DNA of 63,082 bases, filler included, from Reticulomyxa filosa (GCA_000512085.1; 19 parts of 19 records of this genome joined end to end with filler, not necessarily neighbours in it); one strand, 5' to 3'. Shown: positions 13,277 to 26,659, counted from the whole stretch's first letter. Numbers and translations are program-made. The notes: generated by a model not told the origin, from the sequence alone.

Positions 13277-14760
13277 TTATGTGAAAGGCCTGAGTTTGTG
13301 TGTTAATTTGTGTTCTTCGTTTTCGGTTTTCTTGCAATCAGCACAAAGATTTTTGTTGCAGACCAAACAAAGGAATTCAGCAAAGCCATCTTCGCAAAAT
13401 TCGCAGTCGATATTTTCATCATCATCCTGGACACCCTGTGAAAAGAAAAAAATTGCAAAAAAAATCATAAAAAAAAATAAATAAATGAACAAAGATGCAA
13501 CATGAAAAAAAAACAAAGTCTTACTTCTAATTGAGACTGAAATGTATTACTCATCGCAGCATCCAATAATCGTTTTTGTAAATGTCGATGATAGGCTTCT
13601 TCTCGCTCTTTGGCGAAATTAAGATCATCAATGAATTTGAAAGTAGACGAGTTGGAACGAGTGAGTACTTGATTAAAAAATTGGTCACACAATTGCGGAT
13701 ACGCTTTCAGGTCAATTTTGGTGTCGTTAGTAATGAAAAATTGACTATTCATTTCCAGCCTCAAAACTTCATAAAATTTGTGGGCTTCTTTCATTTGCAG
13801 CAGTTTGCCTTCTAATTGTACCAACATCGACAAGTAGAATTTAAATAAATAGCGATACCCATATTGCAAATATTGTGACCACATTTCGATCAAATACCTT
13901 GTTGGAATTATTTGGACACCCAATCCACCAAACCATTTCTGAACAAATGTATCTGGTGTTATTGTATTGCGTGACAAGTGTTTATACAATTCCGGTTGTG
14001 TTTGTTCCAATTGTTTCCACAGCACAAATCCGTCAATTATTTGGTCGACTGCTTCTGCGCGCCAATAACCTTTTCTCCATCACAAACAATCATCAAAAAA
14101 CACATGTGTATACACATATACATATAATGTATATGTGTCATTCCAAACAATTCTTTTTTCAAAATGAAATTACCAAAAAAAAAAAAAAAAAAAAACAATT
14201 TTTCTGACACGCAGAAACGCATCAATAGTTTAAAAAAAAAAAAAAAAAGTGTTAGTACCATTCATCCCATAAAACGGCGATCTTCCGAGACTTACCATCA
14301 ATTGAAAGGTTATCCGACAATCGAAAAATAATAATAGAGTACCGCACACATATGACATGGTTTGTTGATAATCATTAAATTGGGCTTTCAACATTGTCAA
14401 CATGGTTATCAACAATTGTCTTTGCTCGGTAGTTAGAAAGGTTCTATCCGCATCTTTTTCTATGATTCGATCCGGCTTATTGATTTTTCGCAAACTTATT
14501 ATCGGAGACTCATTTTTGTCATTGCCGTAATTATCACTTCCAGTATTCCAAGGCACTACTGATTCACTCTTTTCTTCGTCTTGCTCGTTACCGAAGCTCG
14601 GCCCCTTTTTTTTGTTACGGTTCAATACATAACTAGGCCACAAACGCGTAGCTGAAAACGCTTTTGCTCTGTTTTCTGGCAGACCTAAATATCCTTCATT
14701 TTTTGCAAGTAATGGTGAGTGCGCTTCTTGAGCCCAAAAATTTGCATTTTTTAATAGCAT
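13277..14760 (-). CDS. Rab-GAP TBC-domain protein with C-terminal B-box zinc finger
   Basis: IIEKDADRTF (Arg finger), YQQTMSYV (Gln finger), PELYKHL..FVQKWF. The last exon encodes CEFCEDGFAEFLCLVCNKNLCADC..H..H. Two introns. Confidence 0.88.
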
Positions 14761-15031
14761 ATGTTATGTAGCTAGTTTCTTTCTAAAGATTTAAAGTGCA
14801 AGTATCTTACTTCAACTAACTTTTTTGAAGAGGATCCCAAGCCTAGAGTCACTTTATCCATAAATGACAGTGGTATTTTTTGCGTGGAAAAGAAAAAAAT
14901 GTACATCACAAAGAATAAATAATTTTGTGCTGCAATTATTTACTGGGAAGTACCATTGTCACTTAGGAGTTTAAGAACGTTTAAAAGCATTGTTCCCAAG
15001 TTTTTTTAAGGGATAAAGCTTCCAAATTTTA

Positions 15032-15793
15032 ATGTCAGTTCTGGAGACATTAGATGATACGATTTCATTTTTGAAATCATTAAAAGAATATCCAAAAATG
15101 AACCGGCCAGGAGTGGCTATATCAAAGACCAGGTATAGATTTGCCTCGCTTCCAAAAACAGACTACAAGTCGAACCAAGAATACTCGAAACGTGTCCCTG
15201 TAGGCAAGTATATTACAGGTGTTTTCACGAATGAGTATGTGATAGTATATCAAGCATTTAATCCAACAATAGCAAAATCAGCAACCACGCACCAAACCTT
15301 TCTAAAATGTGCGGAATACAGTCAGGATCGAATGACTTGGATAAAGACAAATTTCTTGTGGATGATGCATCGCAGTGAATGGGGAAAATCACAAAATCAG
15401 GAACATATTCTGGCAATTTGGTTGAAATTAGAAAACTTTTTGTACTTGCTTTCTAACAGCTATTTGTCTTTGTACAATGACCAATTACCGTACACACAGC
15501 GAGAGCACAGTACCGTTATTAAAAACAAAAAGTCGAGGGTGGTTGTGCAATGGGACCCACACCACTTTGCAATTGGTGGAGATAAACTCATCGATAAGCG
15601 TGCGATTCAAATTGGAATCAAAGGGAAGCCTTACTGTGACACTTTTCACTCTGGAATTTTGTTCATTGAAGACATTTCTGATTTTGTACATTCCATTGAT
15701 GAACAAAGGTTAAAAGAAACCTCATTTTTAATACCAAACGAAACTATCATGTCTGTTCCCGATTTAATTAAAGAAAGGCTTCTCATTGGCTAA
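15032..15793 (+). CDS. DUF4291 family protein, intronless
   Basis: IVYQAFNPTIA, RMTWIKTNFLWMMHRSEWG, QEHILAIWL, VVQWDPHH and RAIQIG motifs. Confidence 0.9.
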   Translation: MSVLETLDDTISFLKSLKEYPKMNRPGVAISKTRYRFASLPKTDYKSNQEYSKRVPVGKYITGVFTNEYVIVYQAFNPTIAKSATTHQTFLKCAEYSQDRMTWIKTNFLWMMHRSEWGKSQNQEHILAIWLKLENFLYLLSNSYLSLYNDQLPYTQREHSTVIKNKKSRVVVQWDPHHFAIGGDKLIDKRAIQIGIKGKPYCDTFHSGILFIEDISDFVHSIDEQRLKETSFLIPNETIMSVPDLIKERLLIG

Positions 15794-16265
15794 ATGCACA
15801 TTTGCTATTTGCAAGTCATGTTCTTTTGATCAAACACAATTTTGCTAACTCACTTATTCTTTTTTTGGAAATTGATATCTCTCTTGTTTTCATAAGCCAT
15901 CTGATAGCCACCAACATAACTTTCAGAGACCAAGATAATCACTTTTATTATATACATTATTCTTTTTTTAAATCTAAACTTAACAGTTAATTTTCAAAAT
16001 TAGTATGAATAAAACTAAATCATTAAAACTGTGAATAGTTTAGTTATTTTGAGCTAATTTCAATAAAAACAAAAAGATTACATGAAACACAATGCGACTT
16101 TATAAAGATTATCGAATTTCTCAATGAAAATAAATATTTAATTACAATTTTTCATACAACATTAAACTTAAATTTTTTTTAGTTGGCATTTTTGAGTGTT
16201 CGTGCTTGCAGAGAAAAAAATTAAGAGCTGATAATTTTACGAAAAGATAATATTGAATAGAAATA

Positions 16266-17346
16266 ATGAAGATTTCCTTAACAAGCAAATCGTTATTGCT
16301 GTATTGCCTTACCTTAGCCATTCTTTGTATGTTGTGGTTGGCGTTAGACCCGACTTACTCACAGCCGTTAAAAGGAATTCCAACGTCGCTGACAGTGATT
16401 AAGCCTCAAAAGGTGTGGGACTGGAGCGTAGGGAACTACAACGTTGAAGAGATGTTGGCAAAGGTGAGTCCAATTCACAAAGAGCATTGTCGACGCATGT
16501 TAACAAAAAGCACGTATTTGCCAGCGAAGGAGACATGGAGTCAAGGTTATCAAGATTGGTACATTTATTATAACTACTTTGAAGTTTTCAAAAAAAAAAA
16601 AAAAGGGTCCATTTTTTTTGAGACAGTGCACGCACACAAAAAAAAAAAAAAAAAAGGGAAAAACAGATGGCGTTTATGTAGACATGGGTGCAAATGTACC
16701 ATTTAAACTAAGTAACACGGCATTTTTTGATGTTTGCTTGGGCTGGAAAGGTATATGTGTAGAGCCTAGTTATCACAGTGTAGAATTTGAGGCGAACCGC
16801 ACATGCACAGTAGCGAAGCATTGCATGTACTCGCGCTCACAAAAGTTGGTAATGAGCGCAGCTGAGGACATATCGCAAATACTGCAGCCGAGAAATGATA
16901 TTGAGGAGCTCAAGAAACTTAACAAAGCATTTGAATGCGATGGAATCTCTGCCAAAGACCTATTGAACAAATATCCGGCAAAAAATAAATTGGGTGAGAT
17001 AACTAGTTTAGCGGTCGATTACAACTTGAACAAAACAGCTCTTGCCGCACAACCCAAAATTGATATTGATTTCATATCGCTTGATATCGAAGGGTCCGAA
17101 GTCGAACTCCTTCGATGCTTTCCTTTTGATCACTATCGCATCAAAGTATGGAGTATTGAAGTAAACAAAAACGAAATCCTAATTGATGAAATTATGCTGG
17201 CTCATGGCTATGTCAAAGAAACTTATCTCACTTTTTATATGAATGGACTTGACGCTGTTTATGTTTGGAAACCCAGAGTTATGAAAGAGCCATGGAAAGA
17301 AGAACAGCGTGCACACTGGAAACGATACAAACGATGCGAACCATAA
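16266..17346 (+). CDS. FkbM-family (Methyltransf_21) methyltransferase, type II membrane
   Basis: SQGYQD, GVYVDMGAN, SNT.FFD.CLGWKGICVEP and IDFISLDIEGSEVELL. N-terminal TM; one intron ~16585-16657. Confidence 0.9.
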
Positions 17347-17803
17347 AACACTCTTTTTCCTTTCCTCCGTTGTTTTATTTGTTTCTCAGCCCTCCTCCCC
17401 CTTTTTTTTTTTATTTATTTACTTGCTATTCCGCAAACATCTTGGAAGATTTTCTCTTGTCATGGTGTCTGTGTCAGTCTCACTCTGCCGAAAATAATCT
17501 CTGCTGTATATATATAAATTACCTTCACAATAACTTCTGTGATACATGCACACTTTTTATTCTATCTTTTTTACAATTCAGCACACTTCAGTCCATTAAA
17601 AAATCTTTCAACTTAATTGTTTTCATGACCTCCTTTATGTCAATCAGATATCGCACTAATTAATAAAAATCATCTATACCTCTGTGAAAAAGAGGGAAAA
17701 ACAGATACAGCCAGTATAAGTAAAGGTTTGCTGTTGATCTGGTTAAAAAGAGGCAAAAAAAATAAAAGTAAAATAAAATAATAAATAAAAACCAAACAAT
17801 CAA

Positions 17804-18552
17804 ATGTCGAATGAAAGCAACAACGCTTTTTTATTTCCCTCTGTTATCTGTGCATACATAACGTTAGTTGCTTTGGTGGGTGCATTAATTATGTTCGTAT
17901 TAGCACATTACCCGAATCAGTCAAAGTGGTGTCGTTGTATGGAAACAGAGCAAGGCAATGAAAATGAAAATGAGAGTAACAATGCGAATAATACTAACAA
18001 TAATAATAACAGTAATAATAATAGTAATAATAATAATAACAATAACGGGAACAATAATAACAACAGCAACAAAGAGAAAAATGTGAACAATAAAAACAAA
18101 GAGAAAAAAGCAGACGGAATCCAATCAACGCCACAAAATAGCCAAGAAGTGTTAAATGCACAAACAAGAGCAATCGCAAATGATGGCCATAACCTCTCCT
18201 CACACTCAATGATAGCAGTAGCGACATCTCCAATGAGCAAAAGTGGGTTGGGCGCCCCGTTTGGAGTAAACGGTCGAGGGCGAAGTAACAGCAGTAGTCG
18301 AATGAGCACAAGTTTTCTTGGGTCGAACAGCAAGAGAAATATACGCACACATCACGGCAACAATACGTCACAAAAAATACTGATTGGCATGCCATTAGTA
18401 TTTTAGTGATTGAAATTCTCGGTGCCTTAACGCATTGTGTTTTACTAACGAGCTTTAACGTACCAAAGCAATGGTTTCAAAAAGATTACTGCGTCGGCGT
18501 TTACTTCCTTAATGTTTTGGTGTATTTGTTGCCTAAATTGCTTATTTATTGG
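17804..18552 (+). CDS. Multi-pass (7TM-like) membrane protein with poly-Asn insert, 3' partial, 1-nt frameshift ~18378
   Basis: TM1 hydrophobic segment and an AAT/AAC repeat at 17975-18070. After the frameshift, WHAISILVIEILGALTHCVLL...YCVGVYFLNVLVYLLPKLLIYW, then a GTGAG donor. Confidence 0.55.
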
Positions 18553-18661
18553 TGAGGACGCGTGCTACTAAGATTTTTTTTTTACAAACAAACACTACAC
18601 CCCCTTTTTTTTTTTTAAAAAAAAAGGTGCTCCTTCCCTCCCCTCTTTTCGCTAAACTGAG

Positions 18662-18695
<34 letters not shown>

Positions 18696-18821
18696 NNNNN
18701 NNNNNNNNNNNNNNNNNNNNNNNNNNNNNNNNNNNNNNNTTAATTAATTAANNNNNNNNNNNNNNNNNNNNNNNNNNNNNNNNNNNNNNNNNNNNCGACT
18801 GGTTTTTTTTTTTTTAAATTA

Positions 18822-19788
18822 TTACAAAGAAGTAATTTGGCCAATGCTGTTTTGACGGCTCTCGCTAACTCGCATTTGAATGTAGGCCTGCTTTTCATTC
18901 AATGGTTCATGATAAGAAGCAAATTTTTCAAATTTGACGTCTTGAATTGGGTCCAAGTCCTTGGTTAAACGCCAAAGCAGCATAAACCAGCATAATAAAC
19001 TAAAACATAAAACAAATACTCTATTCATTCGTCACAGTTTACAAATCAACAAAACATTTTTTTTTTTGGCTACGTATTAATATGCTTGATAAAACTTTTT
19101 TTTTTTCGTCACTATCTCTTCTCTCGTTCCCTCTTTTTTTTTTTTTTTTGTTGCATAAAAAAAAAAGGAATTGAGACACAGTGACAAAATCAGAATTGGG
19201 ATACCTTGGGACCAATCCGCTTGAAATGATTTGCTTTCCGAACATTGTCCCTTCAGTCATAATTTCAGCAACTGACTCAAACAATATGAATGCGAACGTG
19301 TAAAGCAATCCAAACAGCGTCAGTGCAATTACTGCGTTGTGTCGATTTTGTAGACTAAAATAAGATTCCAAAACAATGATATTAGAAAGTGAAAATAAAA
19401 TAATAAAAAAAAAAAAGAGAAAAAAAAATCCAAGGAAAGATACTTTTTTTATTACTTTCCTTTGTGGCAGGTCAAAACGCAACGAGTAATTCATTGCAAA
19501 GGGTAGCACCAAATACCATGCAAATATAACATATACAATAATCAAATATCCAATTAAAATGTATAATCCCCATTTTGCGCCGTCAAAATATTTTTCTATC
19601 AAGAAGACACACGAAGCCACAAAATGGACAATAGCCAAGTGCGACGGTGGAGTAACATACACTGGAACTCTAAAAACACGACGGAAAAAACCCCACAAGA
19701 GAAGCCAAGAGAAAAATGATCCAAATAAAATTGCAGCGACATCTGGCCGCTCGCTTTCTAAATGATTTATGCTGTCTGTCCAACCCAT
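18822..19788 (-). CDS. Multi-pass membrane protein of unknown function, spliced
   Basis: Several hydrophobic helices in ORFs 19039-19836 and 18822-19028, interrupted by poly-T/poly-A introns. Confidence 0.55.
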
Positions 19789-20639
19789 CTTTTTCAACAA
19801 GTTTTTTCTAACAATTCTAAAAATCAAACCCAACAAATTTTTACGTGTCAGAGAAAAAACGACATTTTACCTCATATGATGATGTCTTTGATCTGTTACA
19901 CAATTATTATACTTATCTTCAAAGTAATTCAAATTGTGTTGTTATTTTCATTTTATAATTTTATATTTGTATACTGTTTCAAACTTACAAGTGAAAGCAG
20001 CCAGTAACAACAAATTCTTAAATCCAAATCAAAGATTGCAGTATCATTTATGTTTCATTTACATTTGCAAACAACTTCATTCATATTTATTATTAAATCG
20101 TAATACGTTCAAAAGTGGCAGCCCGAATGGAACTGTACTTTATTATTTTTGAGATGGCATCAAATTGTTGACACGAGTTTTATTCGATAATTTCTAGATA
20201 ATGCAATACGACTTCTTTACTGAAAGAAATTGTCTTTAACCAAATGCAAAATCCAGTAATTTAAAAAAATTACAAAAAGAAGCAAATAAATCAAAAAGTT
20301 TTATTGTCCTATGAACAATATATTTATGTATAAAAAAAAAGCATTCTGTTTGGTGGATTATAGATGTTGGGCACCTTTCGATGATACGGACAAAAATAAG
20401 TTTTGTTCTCGCAGTTCTTCTTTAATCCGAAAACATTCTTTTTCTGCGGAGTCGGACTATTTGGCACACGCCGTCCTTAAAAAAATAAAATAAAATTGTT
20501 TTCAACTTTATAAAAAAAAAAAGAAACATTAAGCGTATTTTAACATACTTTGAAGTGGTACAATAGATGGTTTGTTTATTATTCGCTTGTTCGTCGCAGA
20601 TATTGTTGACTTGAATAAGATATTTACTAAATGGCCTTG

Positions 20640-21291
20640 TGAGTAAAAGTACGAGTATTATGAGATAATGCAAATGTCGATCTTTTATTAAGATTGTACC
20701 AAATGTCGGACACGTTTCTCGATCATGTTGGTGGTGTCCACATGATTATAGATGTGGTAATTGTTGTCGCCGCTCCATTAATTGTTACATGTGAATCATA
20801 TGCGAACGTGCCCGAAAGGGGGGGTAGTTGTGATCCTCTTCCTCCAGTTCCATTCGTTAGATTAATGAGCGTTGTTATGTGCTTTGTGTAGTCCTTGCAC
20901 AAATCCTTATTCTCTCCGACCACCTCTGCGATTGCAATTGAAGTGCTATCTTTCGTAAGCGCCGCAAACCAAGCGTTATTTGCCTTGGGGCTTTCCTTGA
21001 AAGGAAAGTAGTTCGATGATTGAACTCCAATTTTTTTCCCTCCCAAACTGAAACCACCCAAACACTGCATCGATAATGCTGCCAATTTATGAGCGAACAA
21101 TATCTTTTTTGGGGTTTACAATATTGCATTTTTGATGCACCAAGACATGAAATCAATTTGTAGTTGATCTTGTACAGATATTCGCTTTTCTTTTTCATCT
21201 GTGTGATGTACACGCGATTGCAAAAAGAATCCAAGTTACCCAATCGAAATAGTAGATCTATTCTAATGGTGTACGTAATACCACTCGTCAT
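20640..21291 (-). pseudogene. Disrupted hypothetical gene (frameshift ~21100, in-frame TGA at 20723)
   Basis: Overlapping ORFs 20875-21291 and 20723-21100. Reading continues WTPPT*SRNVSDIWYN. An inverted paralogue lies at 22070-22500. Confidence 0.5.
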
Positions 21292-22069
21292 GTTCGTTTA
21301 ATGATTTTTTGCTCCTTTTTTTTGACTTTTTCACTTTTTCGTTTTTTTTAAGTGTCATATCCACAAAAAAAACACGTTATTCTTGATTAAAAAATGCTGT
21401 CCTAAAATAACTTCGAATATGATATTATTATTAGAACTCAGTAAAAAAATTGTATTACATTATCTACAAAATTTTACAAAAAAAAAGAAATGACAAAAGA
21501 AATATTTTCTGTAGTAAACAGTGGTCAGAGGTCCAAAAGTGAGTGAGAGCCTGATTATTAATCAATTTCAATGAACGTTCTTTGTTTTTGCGACTGTTTA
21601 ACCATTGTCTTGAATCGAATAATGAGAAATGTTTGATTAATGAACAAAATGATTTTCAGAGTCTCAATAACTACATCAAAACAGATCGGCTTCACATAGA
21701 GTGACAAAAGTCGCTTACAAAAGATGGAAAGAAATTCAAATCAATTACTCAATTATTTTAAATATAAGTAACGCGATTGAATACGTACAATAATTTGACG
21801 TTTCTTTAAAACATTTTTCAGTTCAAGTTTCACTTTTGAATATATTATGATGTAATACTTATTGTGCAAATAGATCATTTTTGACCATCAAGCAAAAGGG
21901 AATTTAAAAGGAACCACAATTTTATTTTTTTTTGTGATAGAGCATTGAAAATTGATTTTTTTATTTAATATTCAAAATTGCAATTGAAATAATGTCTCTT
22001 TGGTTTTGGTGTCATCACTTTTGCCAAATTGTTTCTAAGAAATGTTGACTAGTATAAAAGAGACAAACA

Positions 22070-22500
22070 ATGAGTAATATATCATATTCAAAGTTATTTT
22101 GGAACAATATTTTTATAATAAAAAATGACGGGTTTTTTGTGACCGTGACAACGAGAAAACACGAAAAAGGGAAAAAAAAAGGGAGCAAGTAAATCATTGA
22201 ACGAACATTGCAAGTGGTTATTACAAAGAATGGGCCTTGCGTACATGATTAGAATAGATCTACGATCCCGGTTGGATAACTTGGACTCTTATTCAATCGC
22301 GTGTACCTCACACAGACAAAAAAGAAAAATGAACATGTACACAACAGAAATTACAAACTGATTTCATATCTTGATACATCAAACGTGCAATATTGTAAGC
22401 ACCAAAAAAAATATTATTTGCTCATAAATTGGCAGCATCATCAGTGCAGTGTTTGGATGGGTTCAGTTTGGTTCGACGATTCAACTCCAATTCTTTCTCT
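22070..22500 (+). pseudogene. Inverted, more decayed duplicate of 21030-21430
   Basis: NYKLISYLDTSNVQYCKHQKKYYLLINWQHHQCSVW vs NYKLISCLGASKMQYCKPQKRYCSLINWQHYRCSVW. The upstream non-coding DNA also aligns. Confidence 0.8.
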
Positions 22501-23969
22501 ACACCTCACTTTTCAATGTGATTGAGACTACTGTTGCAATGTTCAATGCAAACAAAAACTTTTTTTTTTTGAAAATAGAATTACAAAGATCATTACAATC
22601 ACAGACGATGCGAAAGAAAATATACGAAAATACAGTTTGCCAAACAAAACAAAAAAAAAAGGGAGCTATTCCGAAAAAAAAAAAGTGTTAGAATGTTCTT
22701 TGGAGGAAAGTGTATGTGTGTATGATATTGAATTTTTGAAATTAGATTTGCTGCAATGGACAGATTAAATCCAGATGGCTTGAATGGATTTATTGAAAAA
22801 GGATTTGGAAGTAGTATATGATTGAGTGTATTAGTTGTTCGCAAAGATGAAATATATAACGAAGATTGAAACTTCTGCCCAAGTCGTTGACAGAGACCGA
22901 CTTTGACGCTATAGTCACAGCACACCGTTTTGGAAAGCATTATTGTCAATGTCGACGATCAGTGTGCATCTTATTCGACTGTTTTGTCTGTTGATGAAAC
23001 AGATACAATCGTGATGGACTACACACAAACATAAATTTCGATCATATTGTCCTTTTTGCATATTGCAGCATGACTCACAATTAAATTAATGTATGTTTGA
23101 TTTTATATATTTTAAGACTTTCCATGTAATAGATAACAAATTATTTTTTTTTAGGAAGGGGGGAGTGAATGTTCAACTTTTTTTTTAAATATTTGAATCA
23201 AATAAAAATTCAAAATAGGTAATCAATATTCACAAAGTGTACAGCATACTCAGTATGCATATCAATGTTAGTCTCAAAAATATCAATGCAGCAGCAGCCA
23301 TTATTATTATATCATTTTTTGGTGGTGCTATCAATGATCGACGAGAAACAAATAAAGAAATTATAGTTATTAATGGCATGTCGAACAACAGAATTACATG
23401 GCAGGTGTCACAATCAAGATATAACGCGACATGGTTTTAAATGCGATTTGAAACTGCATTAGCAAGTTGGTAAGAAAAAAAGTTTTTGCTTTGCAAATTA
23501 TTTTTTTATACAGACATTCATCTTTTACAAAAAAAATTATTTTGAAATTGAAATAACAAAAATATCATAGAAAGAATATCCAACCAAACAAAAAAAAAAA
23601 AAAAAGAAGCATATTGAGTGAAAATTTGATTTGTTATTTCAACTTGCAACTACAATAACACACACTAAGTGATAATTGCGCTATTCAACAACACAAACGA
23701 AAGCACATTAACAATCAATTCAAATGGCAAATGCCAAACTATCATATTGCAAGCAGCAATACAATAAGTTGCTAATGAAGATATGATAATCGCGATTTCA
23801 AATAGATCCAACAAAATTATAAACTGTATATTCTAAAACACAAACATGGTGACGAAACAAATAACGAATAACCTATTATGCAAATTACAACACAAAGTAT
23901 GTAATAATTTGTTAATATTTTTTTTTTCATAAATCAAATATAAATTATTTTTTTTTTTTTAGTTGTTAA

Positions 23970-24035
23970 TGGTGGGGATGGGACTCGAACACATATCTCC
24001 GCTAATTTCGTTGGGCGTTGCCAGCATTGCGCGGA
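23970..24035 (-). tRNA. 3' half of a tRNA-like sequence (tRNA pseudogene or tRNA-derived element), cut by contig end
   Basis: Minus strand reads ATGTG-TTCGAGT-CCCAT-CCCCACC-A: T-arm/B-box with one mismatch plus acceptor 3' strand. Upstream TCCGC..GCGGA stem; anticodon not identifiable. Confidence 0.5.
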
Positions 24036-24135
24036 NNNNNNNNNNNNNNNNNNNNNNNNNNNNNNNNNNNNNNNNNNNNTTAATTAATTAANNNNNNNNN
24101 NNNNNNNNNNNNNNNNNNNNNNNNNNNNNNNNNNN

Positions 24136-25126
24136 AAAAAAAAAAAAAAAAAAAAAAAAGAGCTAAATTTGATGAGTTCCAAAGCGATCGAGAGCGGAGA
24201 CGCAAGTTGGCGTTCCAAGAGTTTAAAGTGTCCGCTGAATACGACCCGATAAAAGACAAGCCTGCGCACAAAAACACTGACGATCACAAGCGCGATCTTG
24301 CGGCGGATGTGGATAGGCCGTTCGATAAAATACGCCCCAGTGAACATCGAGAAAAGAAATCGCCACTGCTTCGGGTTCATAAGGACCCGTCCTTACACGA
24401 CAAAGGCAAAGGCGAAGAGAAAGACAAAGACAAAGACGAGAACAAGGAACAACCGCCAAAACGTGACGAGTTAACCGATAGCAGGCCCTTACTGTCGATT
24501 TCCAAAAAAGGGGCGGAAACAAAAAAGCCGCAAGTTCCAATGGTTGCTTATGCGCCTCACGTGTTTCGCTATTTGCGAACTCAAGTCTATGGGATTGATG
24601 ACACAACATATTTGAAGGCCATTTATGACTCGTCCAGTTCCATTGACGAAGCTACTCAAGGCAAATTTTCGGAAGGCAAATCTGGGTATTTTATAGAATG
24701 TATATACATATATACGTATATATGTATGTATATGCATATATTGTAATGGTGCCATTTGTATATAGGGCTTTCTTTTTTTTCACTCATTCGTGGACCTATT
24801 TGATCAAAACCGTAACAGTAAACGAAGCCAGTTTATTGTTGGAAATATTGCCAAGTTTGGTCGAGCATTTTGAGACGAATGAAGACACTCTGATTAGTAG
24901 GTACTTTGGGTTGTATTCCATAAGGATGTATGGCGTCCAAATCTATTTTATGGTGTTGGAGAATATTTTCTTGCCTGTTCCTCCCGCCGAAATGTATGAT
25001 ATCAAAGGCTCGTGGGTGGACAGGCACACCAATCACTTTGTTGAATCTGGCAAATTGATGAAGGATGAAGACCTCCACAAAAGCCTCAGGTTAGCGTCAG
25101 ATGCCTCCAGAGATTTGGCACACCAG
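24136..25126 (+). CDS. Phosphatidylinositol-phosphate kinase (PIP5K), partial at both ends
   Basis: YAPHVFRYLR..YGID, FSEGKSG|AFFFFT..YLIKT, TLISRYFGLYSI, YDIKGSWVDR and MKDEDL. Confidence 0.95.
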
Positions 25127-25250
25127 GTTTGTTTATCGTATCTTTTTTTTNNNNNNNNNNNNNNNNNNNNNNNNNNNNNNNNNNNNNNNNNNNNTTAATT
25201 AATTAANNNNNNNNNNNNNNNNNNNNNNNNNNNNNNNNNNNNNNNNNNNN

Positions 25251-25895
25251 ATGTAATGTAATTGAATAGATTCAGATATTGCAAATATTTGAAAATAAAC
25301 AAAAATAATTTAATTCAAAAAAAAAAAAACCACAAATGTTTCTAGTGAATAATAACTTCAAACATTATAACCCCTACACTGTTAATTAGTCTTTGTTATA
25401 AGTTTGTTTTTCAACCTAGAGTAATCCGAAATATAATGGATGTTTCTATAAATTTTGTACAAAAAAAAGGGGAACAAAAAGAAAGGTAGACCATGAAGAA
25501 AAAAACTTATACCTATTTCGTGTTGTTTATTACAATACTACAAAAGGAATAGATACTTCTTATTTTTGTAATTTGATTTACATGACTAAAATAAATTTAT
25601 CTTTAAGAAAACTGGTATAAAGTAAAAACAATTTGACATCAATCAATGCTGACTGCTTTTATCAAACAAATAATACAACTGTACAAAAAAAAAAGATGCA
25701 ACAATGTTAAAAACATTCAAATTCGAAAATTGAACCTATTGTATTGCTAGCCATCACGTTTTATAAAAATTATTGCAACGCGTTTTCGCAATATCATTCT
25801 CAAATTTTGCAATCCTATCAAGCAAAAACACACAAATATTTCAAAAACAATACTAATAAAAAAACTTTACAACAAAAAATATCAATTCAGTACTA
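25251..25895 (-). repeat. Dispersed non-coding repeat, copy B
   Basis: Diverged reverse-complement match to 1-660. Confidence 0.92.
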
Positions 25896-26659
25896 ATAAA
25901 ACACTCCATCACCGATCTCAGTCTGGGGCGACTTTTTTCATCAAAAAAACAAACAATTATTTGGTGTTACATACCTCTGTCACAAAACACTTTGTGTCAC
26001 GAAAGTGCGACAAACACACTTTGGTTTTATCCCTAAAACATTTCTTCTTCAAGTGAGAGGCAAAAAGATCTGATTCTCCCCTTTACATCAATTTGATAAC
26101 AAACTTTTTCAACTTAAAAAAAACCCAGATGAGTTTAAGATATTTTAGTTCAATTATTTTAGCAGTAAAAATTATTTATACAATGACCATTTTGTCAAGT
26201 GACAGAAAGTACTCAAAGCATCATATAAAAGAGGCTTATTTTCCATTGTTTTTCTTCAAATGTATTTGTATACATTCTTTTCCTACCAATAAATTTGTTC
26301 TGCATTTTCATGTTTATCACACTGTAATTCCACTGCATTATTTGCAATTTGATTATAAAGACAACATCCTTTGTCAAATAATGTGAAGATTAGTTTGATA
26401 ATTTAAAAAAAATTTAATGAAGAAATAATAAATCTTGTGGATATACTTAATCTTCATCTCCTTTGTTTATTAGAAATNNNNNNNNNNNNNNNNNNNNNNN
26501 NNNNNNNNNNNNNNNNNNNNNTTAATTAATTAANNNNNNNNNNNNNNNNNNNNNNNNNNNNNNNNNNNNNNNNNNNNAAAAAAAAAAAAAAAAAGCCAAA
26601 CACAAACAATATTTGACTTTTGAATGTGAATTTCTCTTCCTCAATCTATTGATGTACAT

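Noticed and set aside
17917-18395. Poly-Leu/Ile/Tyr minus-strand ORFs (likewise poly-Ser 55412-55633)
   Set aside because: Antisense shadows of microsatellite-coded poly-Asn and poly-Glu regions.
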